From an uncultured Candidatus Saccharibacteria bacterium (lineage in GTDB: Bacteria > Patescibacteriota > Minisyncoccia > Phycocordibacterales > UBA9973), in contig CAZSFP010000001.1 in the NCBI GenBank assembly GCA_964606285.1, positions 133,376-197,375 on the forward strand: a DNA stretch of 64,000 bases, written 5' to 3'. A program made the position numbers and the translations under genes. Each line of letters starts with the position of its first letter. Within the stretch, counting starts at the first letter, position 1. Positions 1 through 9,460 of this stretch are shown here, one piece after another. The notes beneath the pieces are model-generated. The model worked only from the letters and a program-made list of their open reading frames with translations, ran no database searches and had not been told where the DNA came from.

Positions 1-175
1 ACATTGCGTATATAATTTTTATTGAACAAACCCGTCTCTACCATAGAGGTACTGGTCGAAACCATGAAATACTGACAGGAGAAAATATTCCGATTAAAAT
101 AATACTGTTTTTTACAAAAAAGTCAAATAAAAAAACTGCCGTTTAGTACGGCAGTTTTTGTTTAAACAATATAAC

Positions 176-1117
176 TTATGAACCAGCAGGAACCTCAGGT
201 TTATCTACCAGTAAATCTAACTCAGCAAGCTCAGTTATAATATCAAGTGCTTTCTTTGAGTGTTCCACCATATGAATATGATTCTTGGCCCAATCACGAA
301 ATTCAACAAGTTTTAACCTAATCTGAGACTCTGTATCAGTGTCTGTATAATCCCGATGATACAATTCAATGTAGTCATCAAAATTACCAGTGTTATCTGC
401 TTTTAATTTCTCAAAATCTTGCTTGGTCACAGATATTATTTTTTCAAAAAATAAATTACTAGGGTCAATCCCGGAATTCTTTTGAGAAATAAAATCTCTA
501 TAGAACCACAACATACCTTGCCATTCCATTTGATCACTGGGACCAACGGGCCTAGTATCAATATTGCGATACATTCCAAGTAAACCTTCATAATCAGCTG
601 TTTGCAACCATTTCGAAAAAAGATTATAGACGTGATCTTTGGTTCGTTCTGAAATTTCAGTTACTAGTTTATATCTGAAATCATTGTATTCCTGCCAGAT
701 ATTCAAAACATATCCCAAATAATGCATCGCTTCTTTTAAATTTCTCCTCTCAAGAATTTGAAGGGTCATAAAATTTAAAAATGCAGTATGATAAACATCT
801 TTATAATGTTCTCTTTGGTCTGCATTCTGCACCTCAGTCATGATTTTATGAAATCTTTTACCAAGTACTGCGGCAGGATTAGTATGGCATTCCAAAATAA
901 ATATTAACCATTTCATATGTTCTGCTTCAGTACGAAAAAGCAAATATTTTGTTTCTAATCGGTCTTTTTGTTTCTTTTTTGTTATTCCATAATAAATAAG
1001 ATATATAGATAAAAGAATAAAAAAGACAAGAAGACAAAGTAATGTGATTCTTTTATCATGAGATCTTTCCAATGCCAAATAAAGTTGTTCTATAACAACA
1101 GATGAAGGAGTGTCCAT
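176..1117 (-). CDS. hypothetical protein with one N-proximal transmembrane helix
   Basis: 313-aa ORF; hydrophobic segment LLCLLVFFILLSIYLIYYG; no recognisable catalytic motif. Confidence 0.45.
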   Translation of the reverse strand: MDTPSSVVIEQLYLALERSHDKRITLLCLLVFFILLSIYLIYYGITKKKQKDRLETKYLLFRTEAEHMKWLIFILECHTNPAAVLGKRFHKIMTEVQNADQREHYKDVYHTAFLNFMTLQILERRNLKEAMHYLGYVLNIWQEYNDFRYKLVTEISERTKDHVYNLFSKWLQTADYEGLLGMYRNIDTRPVGPSDQMEWQGMLWFYRDFISQKNSGIDPSNLFFEKIISVTKQDFEKLKADNTGNFDDYIELYHRDYTDTDTESQIRLKLVEFRDWAKNHIHMVEHSKKALDIITELAELDLLVDKPEVPAGS

Positions 1118-1242
1118 AGTCGAGTGTTTTTATGTAAATGTTCTAGTGAATTATTTGGTTCAAATAGTATAGTATTTTACAAAAAAGTCAATTTTACATA
1201 GAAACAAAAAAAATCACCTTTAAAAAGTGATTTTTATAATTA

Positions 1243-1932
1243 TTACAAAATTTGTAATTGACGAAATGTATCTTTATACAGATCAAGCCTGCGTTCATAG
1301 AAAATATTTACCCTATCAGTAATTTCAAATTCATTAACCAAATCAGAATGACCACCGGGAGCAGAATCCAGGACGATATGTCTTTCCAGATAATACTTGA
1401 AAGCAAGCAAATGTTCAGGAAGGTTCTTTTCTTTAAACAATTCTATTTTGTTTAACATATTGGAGAATATTTTGGGAAGTTCTTTTTCTCTTGAAAAAAT
1501 ACTCATTGTTCTGTCCCGATGATACATCGAATCTATTCTTTCTTGATATACACCAGCATGCAACACTACTCTTTTGGGAATATTCTTTACATAATCATCT
1601 TCACAGACATCTGTCGCATAATAAGCCTTTAGATGTCCAGCTTTTTTTAAAAAATAAAACAAAAATTGATAGTGATCTCCTTTTTGATTGTAATCTCCAA
1701 AAGTTAAGTTATCTGTTTCAAGTTCTTCTGCTGCCATTTGGATAAGGCGAGGATTATTATTGTGCAATACCAACGCAATACGAAGAGATTTTGCAAATTC
1801 AATAGCTGATACCAGTGAAATATACATAAGGGATGTGAGCTCTGATTCTGTTGTGAGTTTCCCCCACTCTATAGCAAGTAGTTTGTCGACTGTTTTTTGA
1901 TATTCCATCTTATTTTTTTTATAAATATGCAT
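1243..1932 (-). CDS. hypothetical protein (229 aa)
   Basis: Long ORF with an all-alpha-like composition; no motif I can assign. The antisense ORFs 1258..1455 and 1491..1745 are judged spurious. Confidence 0.45.
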   Translation of the reverse strand: MHIYKKNKMEYQKTVDKLLAIEWGKLTTESELTSLMYISLVSAIEFAKSLRIALVLHNNNPRLIQMAAEELETDNLTFGDYNQKGDHYQFLFYFLKKAGHLKAYYATDVCEDDYVKNIPKRVVLHAGVYQERIDSMYHRDRTMSIFSREKELPKIFSNMLNKIELFKEKNLPEHLLAFKYYLERHIVLDSAPGGHSDLVNEFEITDRVNIFYERRLDLYKDTFRQLQIL

Positions 1933-1978
1933 GTGTTTATTTCAGTAGATAATACAAAATTATACGGAAAAGTCAATA

Positions 1979-3715
1979 TTATACAAAGAGTCGTGCGAGA
2001 CGTATTTCATCAAAAGTCGCATGTGTTCCCTGCTTTTCCAAATACTGTTTGATAGGAGTTAATTTATCTTCTCCTGTCTTCTTTATCGCTTCCGCTATTT
2101 TCTTTACAAGCTTTTTGTCTACTTTTATTTTCTTTGTTGAGAATTTTATCTTTTCTTCTTGGAGTTGTTCGAGATGTGAAATGATCGTCCCTAGAGCAAA
2201 GCCGCGTTCATCGGCAACTTCTGCGAGCGTCATACCTTTGTCGAGTAATTCTTTGGTGATCAAATGCGTTTTTACTTTTGCTTCACCACTCTTCATTCCC
2301 TTCTTTTCTTTTATTTTTTTCTGATTTTTTATAATCTCTTTTTCAATGACTGTTCCACCTGATCGTACAATAAAATCCCGTTCGAGTTTTTCTCGTTCTG
2401 TTGTATTTCTTTTTCTGAGGATATCTTCCATATCTTCTGACTGAATTTGGAGGTCTTCATCAAACCGAAGAACATTTGGATCGATCTGAAGCGCGTCCGC
2501 ATGCATACCCATGATCGAAAGTCCTGCGAGTGACTTCACCCGAGAAAGCGCCACATAGCCCATACCATAGGTAAAAGACTTTGAGAGATCTATTACAGCA
2601 GCGTCCAGTGACATGCCCTGACTCTTGTGAATCGTGATCGCCCACGCATGACGAAGCGGGATCTGGGTCACAGACGCTTTCTTTTTTCCATTTTCTTCAA
2701 TAATCCATTCTGCGGTAACAACTTCGATTTTCGATCCATTTACTGTTTCTACAACAGGGGTATTATCTGAAAGAAATTCACGAACGACTCCACGAGTGCC
2801 GTTCGCATATCCGGCTTCAAAATTATTCTTGACGAACATAACCTGTGCACCAACCTTGAGCCGAAGTGTTTCGTGAGCCAAAACGCTTTTTCTGAGAGAT
2901 GTCACGAGTGTATCACGCCCCATCGACGTCATTTCAAAAACCTTTTCTTCTCCGGGAAGTTTCGCGAGCTCCTCATGGTTCATGATATCGACATCGACAT
3001 TGTGCGTATACAGCTTTGTCGGTTCAATAAAAAATTCAATTCGTTTTTTATATCTCAGCCGAAGTGGTGCCAAAACCGTTTCATTGATGACACCAGTTCT
3101 GATACCGTTCAAAACCTTGAGGAATGCATCATCCTCCTGGCGGTGCTGTTCTGTAAGATAACAGATCGCAAACCGGGCATTTTTCCAAGCACTTGATTGA
3201 TATGCATTCTGTGCCAAGTTTTCAAGCGTTCCATCACGATTGACGGGCGGCAATTGGAAAAAGTCTCCACAGACAACGATTTGCATACCCCCGAACGGTT
3301 TTTCTGTGCGTTTGAACGCACGACAAACACGATCGATCATATCAAATCGATGACCATGCATCATCGAGATCTCATCAATGATCAATACTTTTGTTTTTTC
3401 GAATCGATTCCACAAATATTCTCTTGCTTCCAATTCGTCAATATCTTGATCAGTAAGGTATTCACGAATACCAAGTCCACTCCATGAATGAATTGTCACC
3501 CCCTGCATATGCGTTGCGGCAATACCAGTCGTTGCGGTCACAGCCACGACAACATCACGAGCTTTGAGATAGTCGATGTATTGATTGAGCACATAGGTTT
3601 TGCCGCTGCCGGCACTACCAGTCAAAAAGACATTTGCCCCTGTTTTTAAGATATGCAATGCATCAGCCTGAGTCATTATCAAACCAGTATAACAAATATG
3701 ATCACTGTTTAACAT
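1979..3715 (-). CDS. Pif1/RecD-family SF1 DNA helicase with C-terminal helix-turn-helix domain
   Basis: Walker A TGSAGSGKTY, Walker B LIIDEISM, Pif1 motif GDFFQLPPV, C-terminal YVALSRVKSLAGL plus an HTH tail; the true start may be the internal Met (MTQADAL). Confidence 0.85.
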   Translation of the reverse strand: MLNSDHICYTGLIMTQADALHILKTGANVFLTGSAGSGKTYVLNQYIDYLKARDVVVAVTATTGIAATHMQGVTIHSWSGLGIREYLTDQDIDELEAREYLWNRFEKTKVLIIDEISMMHGHRFDMIDRVCRAFKRTEKPFGGMQIVVCGDFFQLPPVNRDGTLENLAQNAYQSSAWKNARFAICYLTEQHRQEDDAFLKVLNGIRTGVINETVLAPLRLRYKKRIEFFIEPTKLYTHNVDVDIMNHEELAKLPGEEKVFEMTSMGRDTLVTSLRKSVLAHETLRLKVGAQVMFVKNNFEAGYANGTRGVVREFLSDNTPVVETVNGSKIEVVTAEWIIEENGKKKASVTQIPLRHAWAITIHKSQGMSLDAAVIDLSKSFTYGMGYVALSRVKSLAGLSIMGMHADALQIDPNVLRFDEDLQIQSEDMEDILRKRNTTEREKLERDFIVRSGGTVIEKEIIKNQKKIKEKKGMKSGEAKVKTHLITKELLDKGMTLAEVADERGFALGTIISHLEQLQEEKIKFSTKKIKVDKKLVKKIAEAIKKTGEDKLTPIKQYLEKQGTHATFDEIRLARLFV

Positions 3716-3726
3716 TCTTGATTTTT

Positions 3727-3760
3727 AAATCTGCGCCATGGCTGAGATTTAAAAATTCGT
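3727..3760. repeat. imperfect palindrome TTTTTAAATCTGCGCCATGGCTGAGATTTAAAAA (GCCATGG-core family, copy 1)
   Basis: seen directly; overlaps the stop of the Cas2-fold gene. Confidence 0.7.
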
Positions 3761-4132
3761 ATACGGTTTCGAAATTTTGAATGTTTTAAATTTGTCTCCT
3801 ATTTTTATTTCTTTCAGGTATTCTAAGAAATGTTTTGGAAGTGGTGATGGTCCAACCCAAACACTTTTTTGAATCATGACATATCCAAACTTTATCAAAT
3901 GTCGACGAAACCAATCGCGCTCCTTTTTCATCTCATGCGGGACGTCATACATGACAATAAGATTCTTTGGACTATCTTCTTTAAAAGGAGATGCGAACGC
4001 AGTACGATAGACGCCTTTCTTTTTAGAAGTACTTTTACTTGTTTCTTTTTTATAATCATCAAAAATTGGTATTCCAAATGCATTGACCCGTACCCCTTTA
4101 TAATAAAATGTTTTTCTCTTTGTTTGAGACAT
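3749..4132 (-). CDS. Cas2-fold / PaaX C-terminal-like domain protein with a Lys-rich N-terminal extension
   Basis: Segment LIVMYDVPHEMKKERDWFRRHLIKFGYVMIQKSVWV matches the Cas2 beta1-alpha-beta pattern (YDI...R...L...G.RvQ.SVF); start placed at the internal Met MSQTKRK; no CRISPR array nearby. Confidence 0.55.
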   Translation of the reverse strand: MSQTKRKTFYYKGVRVNAFGIPIFDDYKKETSKSTSKKKGVYRTAFASPFKEDSPKNLIVMYDVPHEMKKERDWFRRHLIKFGYVMIQKSVWVGPSPLPKHFLEYLKEIKIGDKFKTFKISKPYTNF

Positions 4133-4152
4133 AATAAATCTATTATATATAA

Positions 4153-4184
4153 TTTCTAAATGTGCGCCATGGCGCACATTTAGA
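4153..4184. repeat. 32-bp perfect palindrome TTCTAAATGTGCGCCATGGCGCACATTTAGAA (GCCATGG-core family, copy 2)
   Basis: seen directly; lies between the ogt-like gene end and the Cas2-fold gene start. Confidence 0.75.
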
Positions 4185-4205
4185 ATAAGTACTATTTATC
4201 GAATT

Positions 4206-4457
4206 TTATCGAGATTCTTGGTCTAAGATTTTCTTTTTTATAGCAATGCCGCCACGATTGTACCCACCCATTTTGCCATCTGATCGGATCACGCGATGAC
4301 ATGGAATTTTGGGATCGTAATTTTTACTGAGAACTGTACCGACAGCACGTGCTGATTTTGGACTTCCGATCTTTTTTGCGACTTCACCATAGGTCATAGT
4401 CTTTCCTTTGGGAATTTTTCGAACAAGGTCATAGACTTTTTCACCAAAGGATTTCAT
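4206..4457 (-). CDS. methylated-DNA-protein-cysteine methyltransferase DNA-binding domain protein (Ogt/MGMT C-terminal domain only)
   Basis: Active-site motif PCHRVI and the downstream GGY..G pattern typical of the MGMT family; 83 aa. Confidence 0.75.
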   Translation of the reverse strand: MKSFGEKVYDLVRKIPKGKTMTYGEVAKKIGSPKSARAVGTVLSKNYDPKIPCHRVIRSDGKMGGYNRGGIAIKKKILDQESR

Positions 4458-4777
4458 TTGACTATTTTACTGTATTTTTGTAGTATCCTCAACGGAAATC
4501 AAAGCAACAGAAAGCCAAGTGGTGGGGTTCAATGCGAAAGCAAGGAACAGGGGTTCGATCCCTCCTATTATGGGGTTGCGATAGAAATTTAAAGTGTAGA
4601 ATAGCTGGGAGACTATGAAACGGCATTACGGTGCTTAGTGGAGTCACACATGAAATACCAGTCTTTTTATTTCGAAACTATTTTAACCAAGAACGATTCT
4701 GTCGTTTAAGGGTCCTAAGTACGGTAAAACCTGCTTTGATTTCCATCTTTTGATCTTTCATTATTGTATATACAAAC

Positions 4778-4810
4778 AAAAATCGCCTTTATTTCGAGGC
4801 GATTTTTTAT
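4778..4810. terminator. bidirectional intrinsic terminator AAAAATCGCCTTTATTTCGAGGCGATTTTTT
   Basis: GC stem flanked by an A-tract and a T-tract. Confidence 0.6.
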
Positions 4811-4818
4811 TGGAAAAA

Positions 4819-5232
4819 TTATTTCTTTTTTATTTTTGGTTTTTTATTCACTTTTCTTTTCTTGTAAATATGAAGAATTTGTTCTCCTGTTGCATAAAAC
4901 TTCAATGTACATTTCTTTGTCGTGCTATCAGAAAGTTTTTTGCTTTTTTCTTTATTGATCCATCCTTTCACAATCAAAACTTTTTTAAGCTTTTCATTAT
5001 TAAATACAGATGGAGGAAGTTGCCATATCTTTGCATCAATATTTTCTATCACCATTTCAAAATTAGTTTTTTCCTTACCTTTACTTTTTAATTCTATAAG
5101 AGGCAATGGAAAGCCATAATTGATAGAATGAGAAAAAATTTTAAGAATATTATATACTGAAGGGCCAGTGACAATAATTAATTTCATGGGAACAGATTTA
5201 AAGATTTTTCTTAAAAATACTCCTCTTGTCAT
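4819..5232 (-). CDS. hypothetical lysine-rich protein (137 aa)
   Basis: ORF with a strongly basic C-terminus (KKRKVNKKPKIKKK); no assignable domain. Confidence 0.35.
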   Translation of the reverse strand: MTRGVFLRKIFKSVPMKLIIVTGPSVYNILKIFSHSINYGFPLPLIELKSKGKEKTNFEMVIENIDAKIWQLPPSVFNNEKLKKVLIVKGWINKEKSKKLSDSTTKKCTLKFYATGEQILHIYKKRKVNKKPKIKKK

Positions 5233-5289
5233 GAAAAGTCAACAAAAGAAAAACTCCTTCGCATGAAGGAGTTTTTCTATAAAGATTAC

Positions 5290-7179
5290 TTATTTTGTTT
5301 CTGCATCTCGAACATTTGGTTCTTCTCCTTCTTTTTTTGGTTCAGAACTTTCAGTTGGAGGGGTTTGGGATTGTTGATTCTTCATCATTGCTTCACCAAT
5401 TTTAGACATTTCAGACGAGAGTTCTTCTGTGGCTTTCTTTATCGCATCTGTATCAGTGCCATCTTTGACTGCTTTGAGTACATCGATCTTGCCTTGAACT
5501 TCAGTTTTCAAACTATCTTCAATTTTTCCTTCGGCATCCTTGAGAGATTTCTCGGCAGAATACATAATCATCTCTGCGGTATTTTTAACATCGACTGCTT
5601 CTTTTTTCTTTTTGTCTTCTTCTGCATATTTCTCGGCATCTTCCTGCATACGTTTGATATCTGCATCAGTGAGTCCTGAACCTGCTTCAATACGGATAGA
5701 TTGTGACTTACCACTCGTCTTTTCTTTTGCAGTAACATTAAGAATTCCGTTTGCATCAACGTCGAATGTAACTTCGACTTGCGGCATACCACGCGGTGCT
5801 GGTGGCACACCATCGAGAATAAATCGTCCAAGTGATTTGTTGTCAGATGCCATTTGGCGTTCACCTTGAGTGATATGAATCTCTACAGAGGTTTGATTGT
5901 CAGCCGCGGTTGAGAAGACTTGTGAACGAGATGTCGGGATAGTTGTGTTTCGTTCGACGAGCTTTGTCGCGACACCACCGAGTGTTTCGATACCAAGTGA
6001 AAGTGGGATCACGTCGAGGAGAAGGACATCTTTGACATCACCTTGAAGGACACCAGCCTGAACTGCTGCACCGAGTGCAACAACTTCATCAGGGTTGATT
6101 GTACGATTTGGTTCTTTGCCATTGAAAAGCTTCTTTACTGCTTCAACGATTGCTGGCATACGAGTTTGACCACCAACCATGATGATTTCATGGATTTCAT
6201 TCATTTTGAATGGCGATGCTTCGAGTGCACGCTTTGTGATTTCGATGGATCGTTCGATATATTCAGATGCGATTTCTTCGAGTTTTGCACGCGTCATCTT
6301 GATGAGCAAGTGTTGTGGGCCATCTGCACCAGATGTGATGAATGGTATATTGATTTCTGTTTCAGGAACAGTTGAGAGTTCAATTTTTGCTTTTTCAGCT
6401 GCTTCATCGAGACGCTGGAGCGCGAGTGGATCTTTTGTAATATCGACACCGGATTGCTTTTTGAATTCAGATGCAAGCCAGTTGATGATTTTCTGATCAA
6501 TATCGCGTCCGCCCATATGTGAATCACCATCGGTTGATTTCACTTCGATGACATCACCGGAGACCTCGAGAACTGACACATCAAATGTTCCACCTCCAAA
6601 GTCATACACCACTATTTTCTCATCTTTCTTTGTATTGAATCCATATGCAAGTGCGGCTGCTGTTGGTTCGTTGATGATACGTTTGACATCAAGTCCGGCG
6701 ATTGCACCAGCATCCTTTGTTGCTTTACGTTGTGCGTCGTTGAAATATGCTGGAACGGTAATAATTGCTTCAGTAATTTTCTCTCCAAGTTTTGCTTCAA
6801 CATCAGCTTTAATCTTTGCAAGAATCATCGCAGAAATTTCTTCCGGACGATTAAATTTGTCACCGATCTTTACTTCAACACCACCATCAGCGCCTTTTTG
6901 CATTTGAAACGGCGCGGTTGTTTGTGTTTTCTGAATTTCAGCATCTTCAAACCGGTGGCCCATGAAGCGTTTGATACCATAGATCGTGTTTTGTGGATTC
7001 GTGACTGCTTGACGTTTCGCAAGAAGACCAACGAGACGATCGCCATTTTTTGCGACAGCAACGATAGACGGTGTCGTACGGTTTCCTTCGATATTTTCAA
7101 TAATTTTCGGCTGCCCTCCTTCGATAATCGCGACAGCACTGTTTGTTGTACCCAAATCAATTCCAATTATTTTACTCAT
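5290..7179 (-). CDS. dnaK: molecular chaperone DnaK (Hsp70)
   Basis: N-terminal [28 protein letters not shown], and a substrate-binding domain with an acidic C-terminus. Confidence 0.97.
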   Translation of the reverse strand: MSKIIGIDLGTTNSAVAIIEGGQPKIIENIEGNRTTPSIVAVAKNGDRLVGLLAKRQAVTNPQNTIYGIKRFMGHRFEDAEIQKTQTTAPFQMQKGADGGVEVKIGDKFNRPEEISAMILAKIKADVEAKLGEKITEAIITVPAYFNDAQRKATKDAGAIAGLDVKRIINEPTAAALAYGFNTKKDEKIVVYDFGGGTFDVSVLEVSGDVIEVKSTDGDSHMGGRDIDQKIINWLASEFKKQSGVDITKDPLALQRLDEAAEKAKIELSTVPETEINIPFITSGADGPQHLLIKMTRAKLEEIASEYIERSIEITKRALEASPFKMNEIHEIIMVGGQTRMPAIVEAVKKLFNGKEPNRTINPDEVVALGAAVQAGVLQGDVKDVLLLDVIPLSLGIETLGGVATKLVERNTTIPTSRSQVFSTAADNQTSVEIHITQGERQMASDNKSLGRFILDGVPPAPRGMPQVEVTFDVDANGILNVTAKEKTSGKSQSIRIEAGSGLTDADIKRMQEDAEKYAEEDKKKKEAVDVKNTAEMIMYSAEKSLKDAEGKIEDSLKTEVQGKIDVLKAVKDGTDTDAIKKATEELSSEMSKIGEAMMKNQQSQTPPTESSEPKKEGEEPNVRDAETK

Positions 7180-7305
7180 ATTTTAAATAATTAATTAATA
7201 ATTTAATTTCAATAATTTGATTATATATAAATGTTTTATTTTATGCAAGTTTTTCGTGGTCGCGAAATACTTGTCTAATTTAAATATACTTGATACTATA
7301 TAGAT

Positions 7306-7869
7306 ATGTCAAGAAAACCTGACTATTCAAAGAAAATAATTCGAATTTTAGGCCAAAAAACGGCTATTTCCCTACCTGAATTGACGGAACGTATAATGCC
7401 TCTAGATGGCTCAAAAATCGCTGTACCCTACTCCGCCAAGGCTTCGCAGGGCAAGTATGCTCTTGCGCGCTCTCTCAAAGGGCTTCGGGAAGCTGGGTTG
7501 GTGGAACATATTTCCTCCGGGCAAAATGAATATGCCCGCCTAACAAAGGACGGTCGCAAAAAAATGTATAGTCTCAAACTCGATAATGAAAATACCCTCG
7601 TTCCAACAACATGGGATGGTTTTTGGCGAATGATTATTCTCGATCTTCCAGAAGAAAGAAAGAATGAACGCGAATCACTCCGGTATCTCCTCAAAAAAGC
7701 TGGGTTCATTTGTTTAAAAAATTCCATCTGGATTTCCCCTCACCCATTTGAACATCTATTCATCAATATTAAAAAAGATCTTGGTCTCACGACAGAGCTC
7801 ATGATTCTCGTCACGGATAAACTTGATCCAGAAACTGAACAGGAATTTCTTAAAGTTTTTGGAAAATAA
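7306..7869 (+). CDS. PaaX-like protein: N-terminal winged HTH plus C-terminal Cas2-fold/PaaX_C-like domain
   Basis: The C-terminal WDGFWRMIILDLPEERKNERESLRYLLKKAGFICLKNSIWISPHPF matches the PaaX_C (WDG.W ... Q.SVW) pattern; paralogous to 3749..4132. Confidence 0.6.
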   Translation: MSRKPDYSKKIIRILGQKTAISLPELTERIMPLDGSKIAVPYSAKASQGKYALARSLKGLREAGLVEHISSGQNEYARLTKDGRKKMYSLKLDNENTLVPTTWDGFWRMIILDLPEERKNERESLRYLLKKAGFICLKNSIWISPHPFEHLFINIKKDLGLTTELMILVTDKLDPETEQEFLKVFGK

Positions 7870-7897
7870 AAAAATCCGGTTTATCACCGGATTTTTA
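7868..7897 (+). terminator. intrinsic terminator AAAAAAATCCGGTTTATCACCGGATTTTTAT
   Basis: hairpin followed by a T-run immediately after the 7306..7869 stop. Confidence 0.65.
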
Positions 7898-8429
7898 TGT
7901 ATCAATAATAATTTCTACTTCTTTTCACAGGATCCGGTAATTCAGCAAAAGGATTTTTGCCAGTTGTAAAAAAGACAAAAGCAGTTGCAATAAGCATAAT
8001 GGAACCAACTGTTCCTAAAAAGGAAACTCCGATAATAAATAATATTGCGTATTTAATAACATTTCTAAAAATAGAGGGAATTGTATTATTTTTCATTATA
8101 AATAACGATTTTTGTTTAAAAATACTATATCACAAAATACCATAAATACAAGGGCAATAAATAAAAAAAGTGCACCCGGGTTACTTGTTTTTAGTGGATG
8201 CACTTTTATACGGAGCATCAAGGATTTGTAAATAGAAACTGCAGTGTTTCCCTGATCTCTCAAAGTGAGGAATGCAACCAAGTAAATTGACAAAATCGAT
8301 ACATATCTGGCATCATCGATCTGTCCTTGGCTCTTTGTTTTATTGTTGTCTAAAGATCCGTACTTGTTCATTGTATCACACAACACTACTCTCTATGCAG
8401 AAATATACAAAAAGTGATAGAATATCATC

Positions 8430-8807
8430 ATGCGAGAAACACCACAGAAAAAATTAGAAATTTCCAAAATTCCCTTCAATAACGGAAGCCCTGTCCCTCC
8501 AGGAATCAATGCTGAAGATTTTTATGCAGCGGCAAGTATTGTTGCGAGAGAAGAAACTAAAATAAAACCAAAAGGTCCTGCCGACAAGGGTCCGACCTAT
8601 TTGGAGAAAATATACAAGAAAACAATACAAAAACTACCTGAACTTTTAAAGAAAATAGAAGATCATAAAGCAGGACATATCACAACAAAAGAAGATTTAA
8701 TGGCATACATCAAAGGTACACACATAGAAGAGACTGAAGAAGAAATACTAGGATTTATAAAGAAAGACATTTTGGACAAAAGTCATCCTGGAAAAAATAT
8801 AAACTAA
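8430..8807 (+). CDS. hypothetical protein (125 aa)
   Basis: ORF preceded by a -10-like TAGAAT; no assignable domain. Confidence 0.4.
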   Translation: MRETPQKKLEISKIPFNNGSPVPPGINAEDFYAAASIVAREETKIKPKGPADKGPTYLEKIYKKTIQKLPELLKKIEDHKAGHITTKEDLMAYIKGTHIEETEEEILGFIKKDILDKSHPGKNIN

Positions 8808-8824
8808 AAAGATACATTATAATA

Positions 8825-8853
8825 AAAAATCCCTACTTGATAGGGATTTTTTA
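8825..8853. terminator. bidirectional intrinsic terminator AAAAAATCCCTACTTGATAGGGATTTTTT
   Basis: perfect hairpin with A/T tracts between convergent genes. Confidence 0.7.
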
Positions 8854-8860
8854 TTATAAT

Positions 8861-9346
8861 TTATTTATCAACAGCAATGCCGTCTTCAAAAAACTGTGTT
8901 TTCTTGAGCTGTTGTTCGATAAACCAGAGAACAATAAAAATGAAGAGTGTTAGAACTGTCGCTATAATTGCGAGACTATATAGTCCGAAACCTGTCGCCA
9001 TACCGATACCCGCCGCAACCCACATACCTGTCGCTGAAGTAAGACCAAGAACATGAGATTTGTGCACGATAACCATACCAGCACCGAGAAATCCAATACC
9101 CGTGACAATTTGTGCCGCCATACGGAGAGGATCAAAATCCTGACCAAAAAATCCCTGTCCGACCGACAATGAAATGATGACAAACAATGCCGCACCCATA
9201 GACACGAGTGCGTATGTTCGAATGCCAGCGGTTTTGTGCGCAAAAAGTCGCTCCGTACCAATAATCATTCCGAAAAACATCGCCCAAAAAAGTTTCAATG
9301 CAACATCTACTGTTGATGCATCAAAAAAAGATAAAAATGTGTCCAT
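8861..9346 (-). CDS. MgtC/SapB family membrane protein
   Basis: Multi-TM protein with the GIGFLGAGMV motif characteristic of the MgtC family. Confidence 0.75.
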   Translation of the reverse strand: MDTFLSFFDASTVDVALKLFWAMFFGMIIGTERLFAHKTAGIRTYALVSMGAALFVIISLSVGQGFFGQDFDPLRMAAQIVTGIGFLGAGMVIVHKSHVLGLTSATGMWVAAGIGMATGFGLYSLAIIATVLTLFIFIVLWFIEQQLKKTQFFEDGIAVDK

Positions 9347-9399
9347 GAAAAAAGTATATCAGAAACAGCTTAGAGGTAAAAGGTTATATGGATTAGTAT

Positions 9400-9457
9400 T
9401 CACCCTTCCGTCTTTTTGATTACAAAAATCCACCTCCCCTTCGCAGGGGAGGAAAAA
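9400..9457. repeat. 58-bp inverted-repeat arm (left), partner of 11421..11478
   Basis: CACCCTTCCGTCTTTTTGATTACAAAAATCCACCTCCCCTTCGCAGGGGAGGAAAAAT; its reverse complement matches 11421..11478 with 1 mismatch; contains a terminator-like hairpin CCTCCCC-TTCGCA-GGGGAGG. Confidence 0.85.
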
Positions 9458-9460
9458 TTC

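Noticed and set aside
4490-4700. tmRNA, SRP RNA or RNase P RNA assignment for the tRNA-like motifs
   Set aside because: None of the hallmark elements could be matched by eye. There is no acceptor stem with CCA, no GGAAGGAAGCAGC SRP motif, and no GGAAAGUCCGG / GUAACGCC RNase P motifs. It is kept only as an unassigned candidate ncRNA.
5290-7194. Numerous antisense and alternate-frame ORFs inside dnaK, typA, lysS, the P-type ATPase, ftsI, mrdA and other large genes
   Set aside because: They sit entirely within high-confidence genes on the opposite strand or in another frame, with low-complexity or Ser/Cys-rich translations. They are typical shadow ORFs.
9174-9419. Track ORF 9174..9419 (+)
   Set aside because: It is antisense to the well-supported MgtC gene and runs into the inverted-repeat arm, so it is a shadow ORF.
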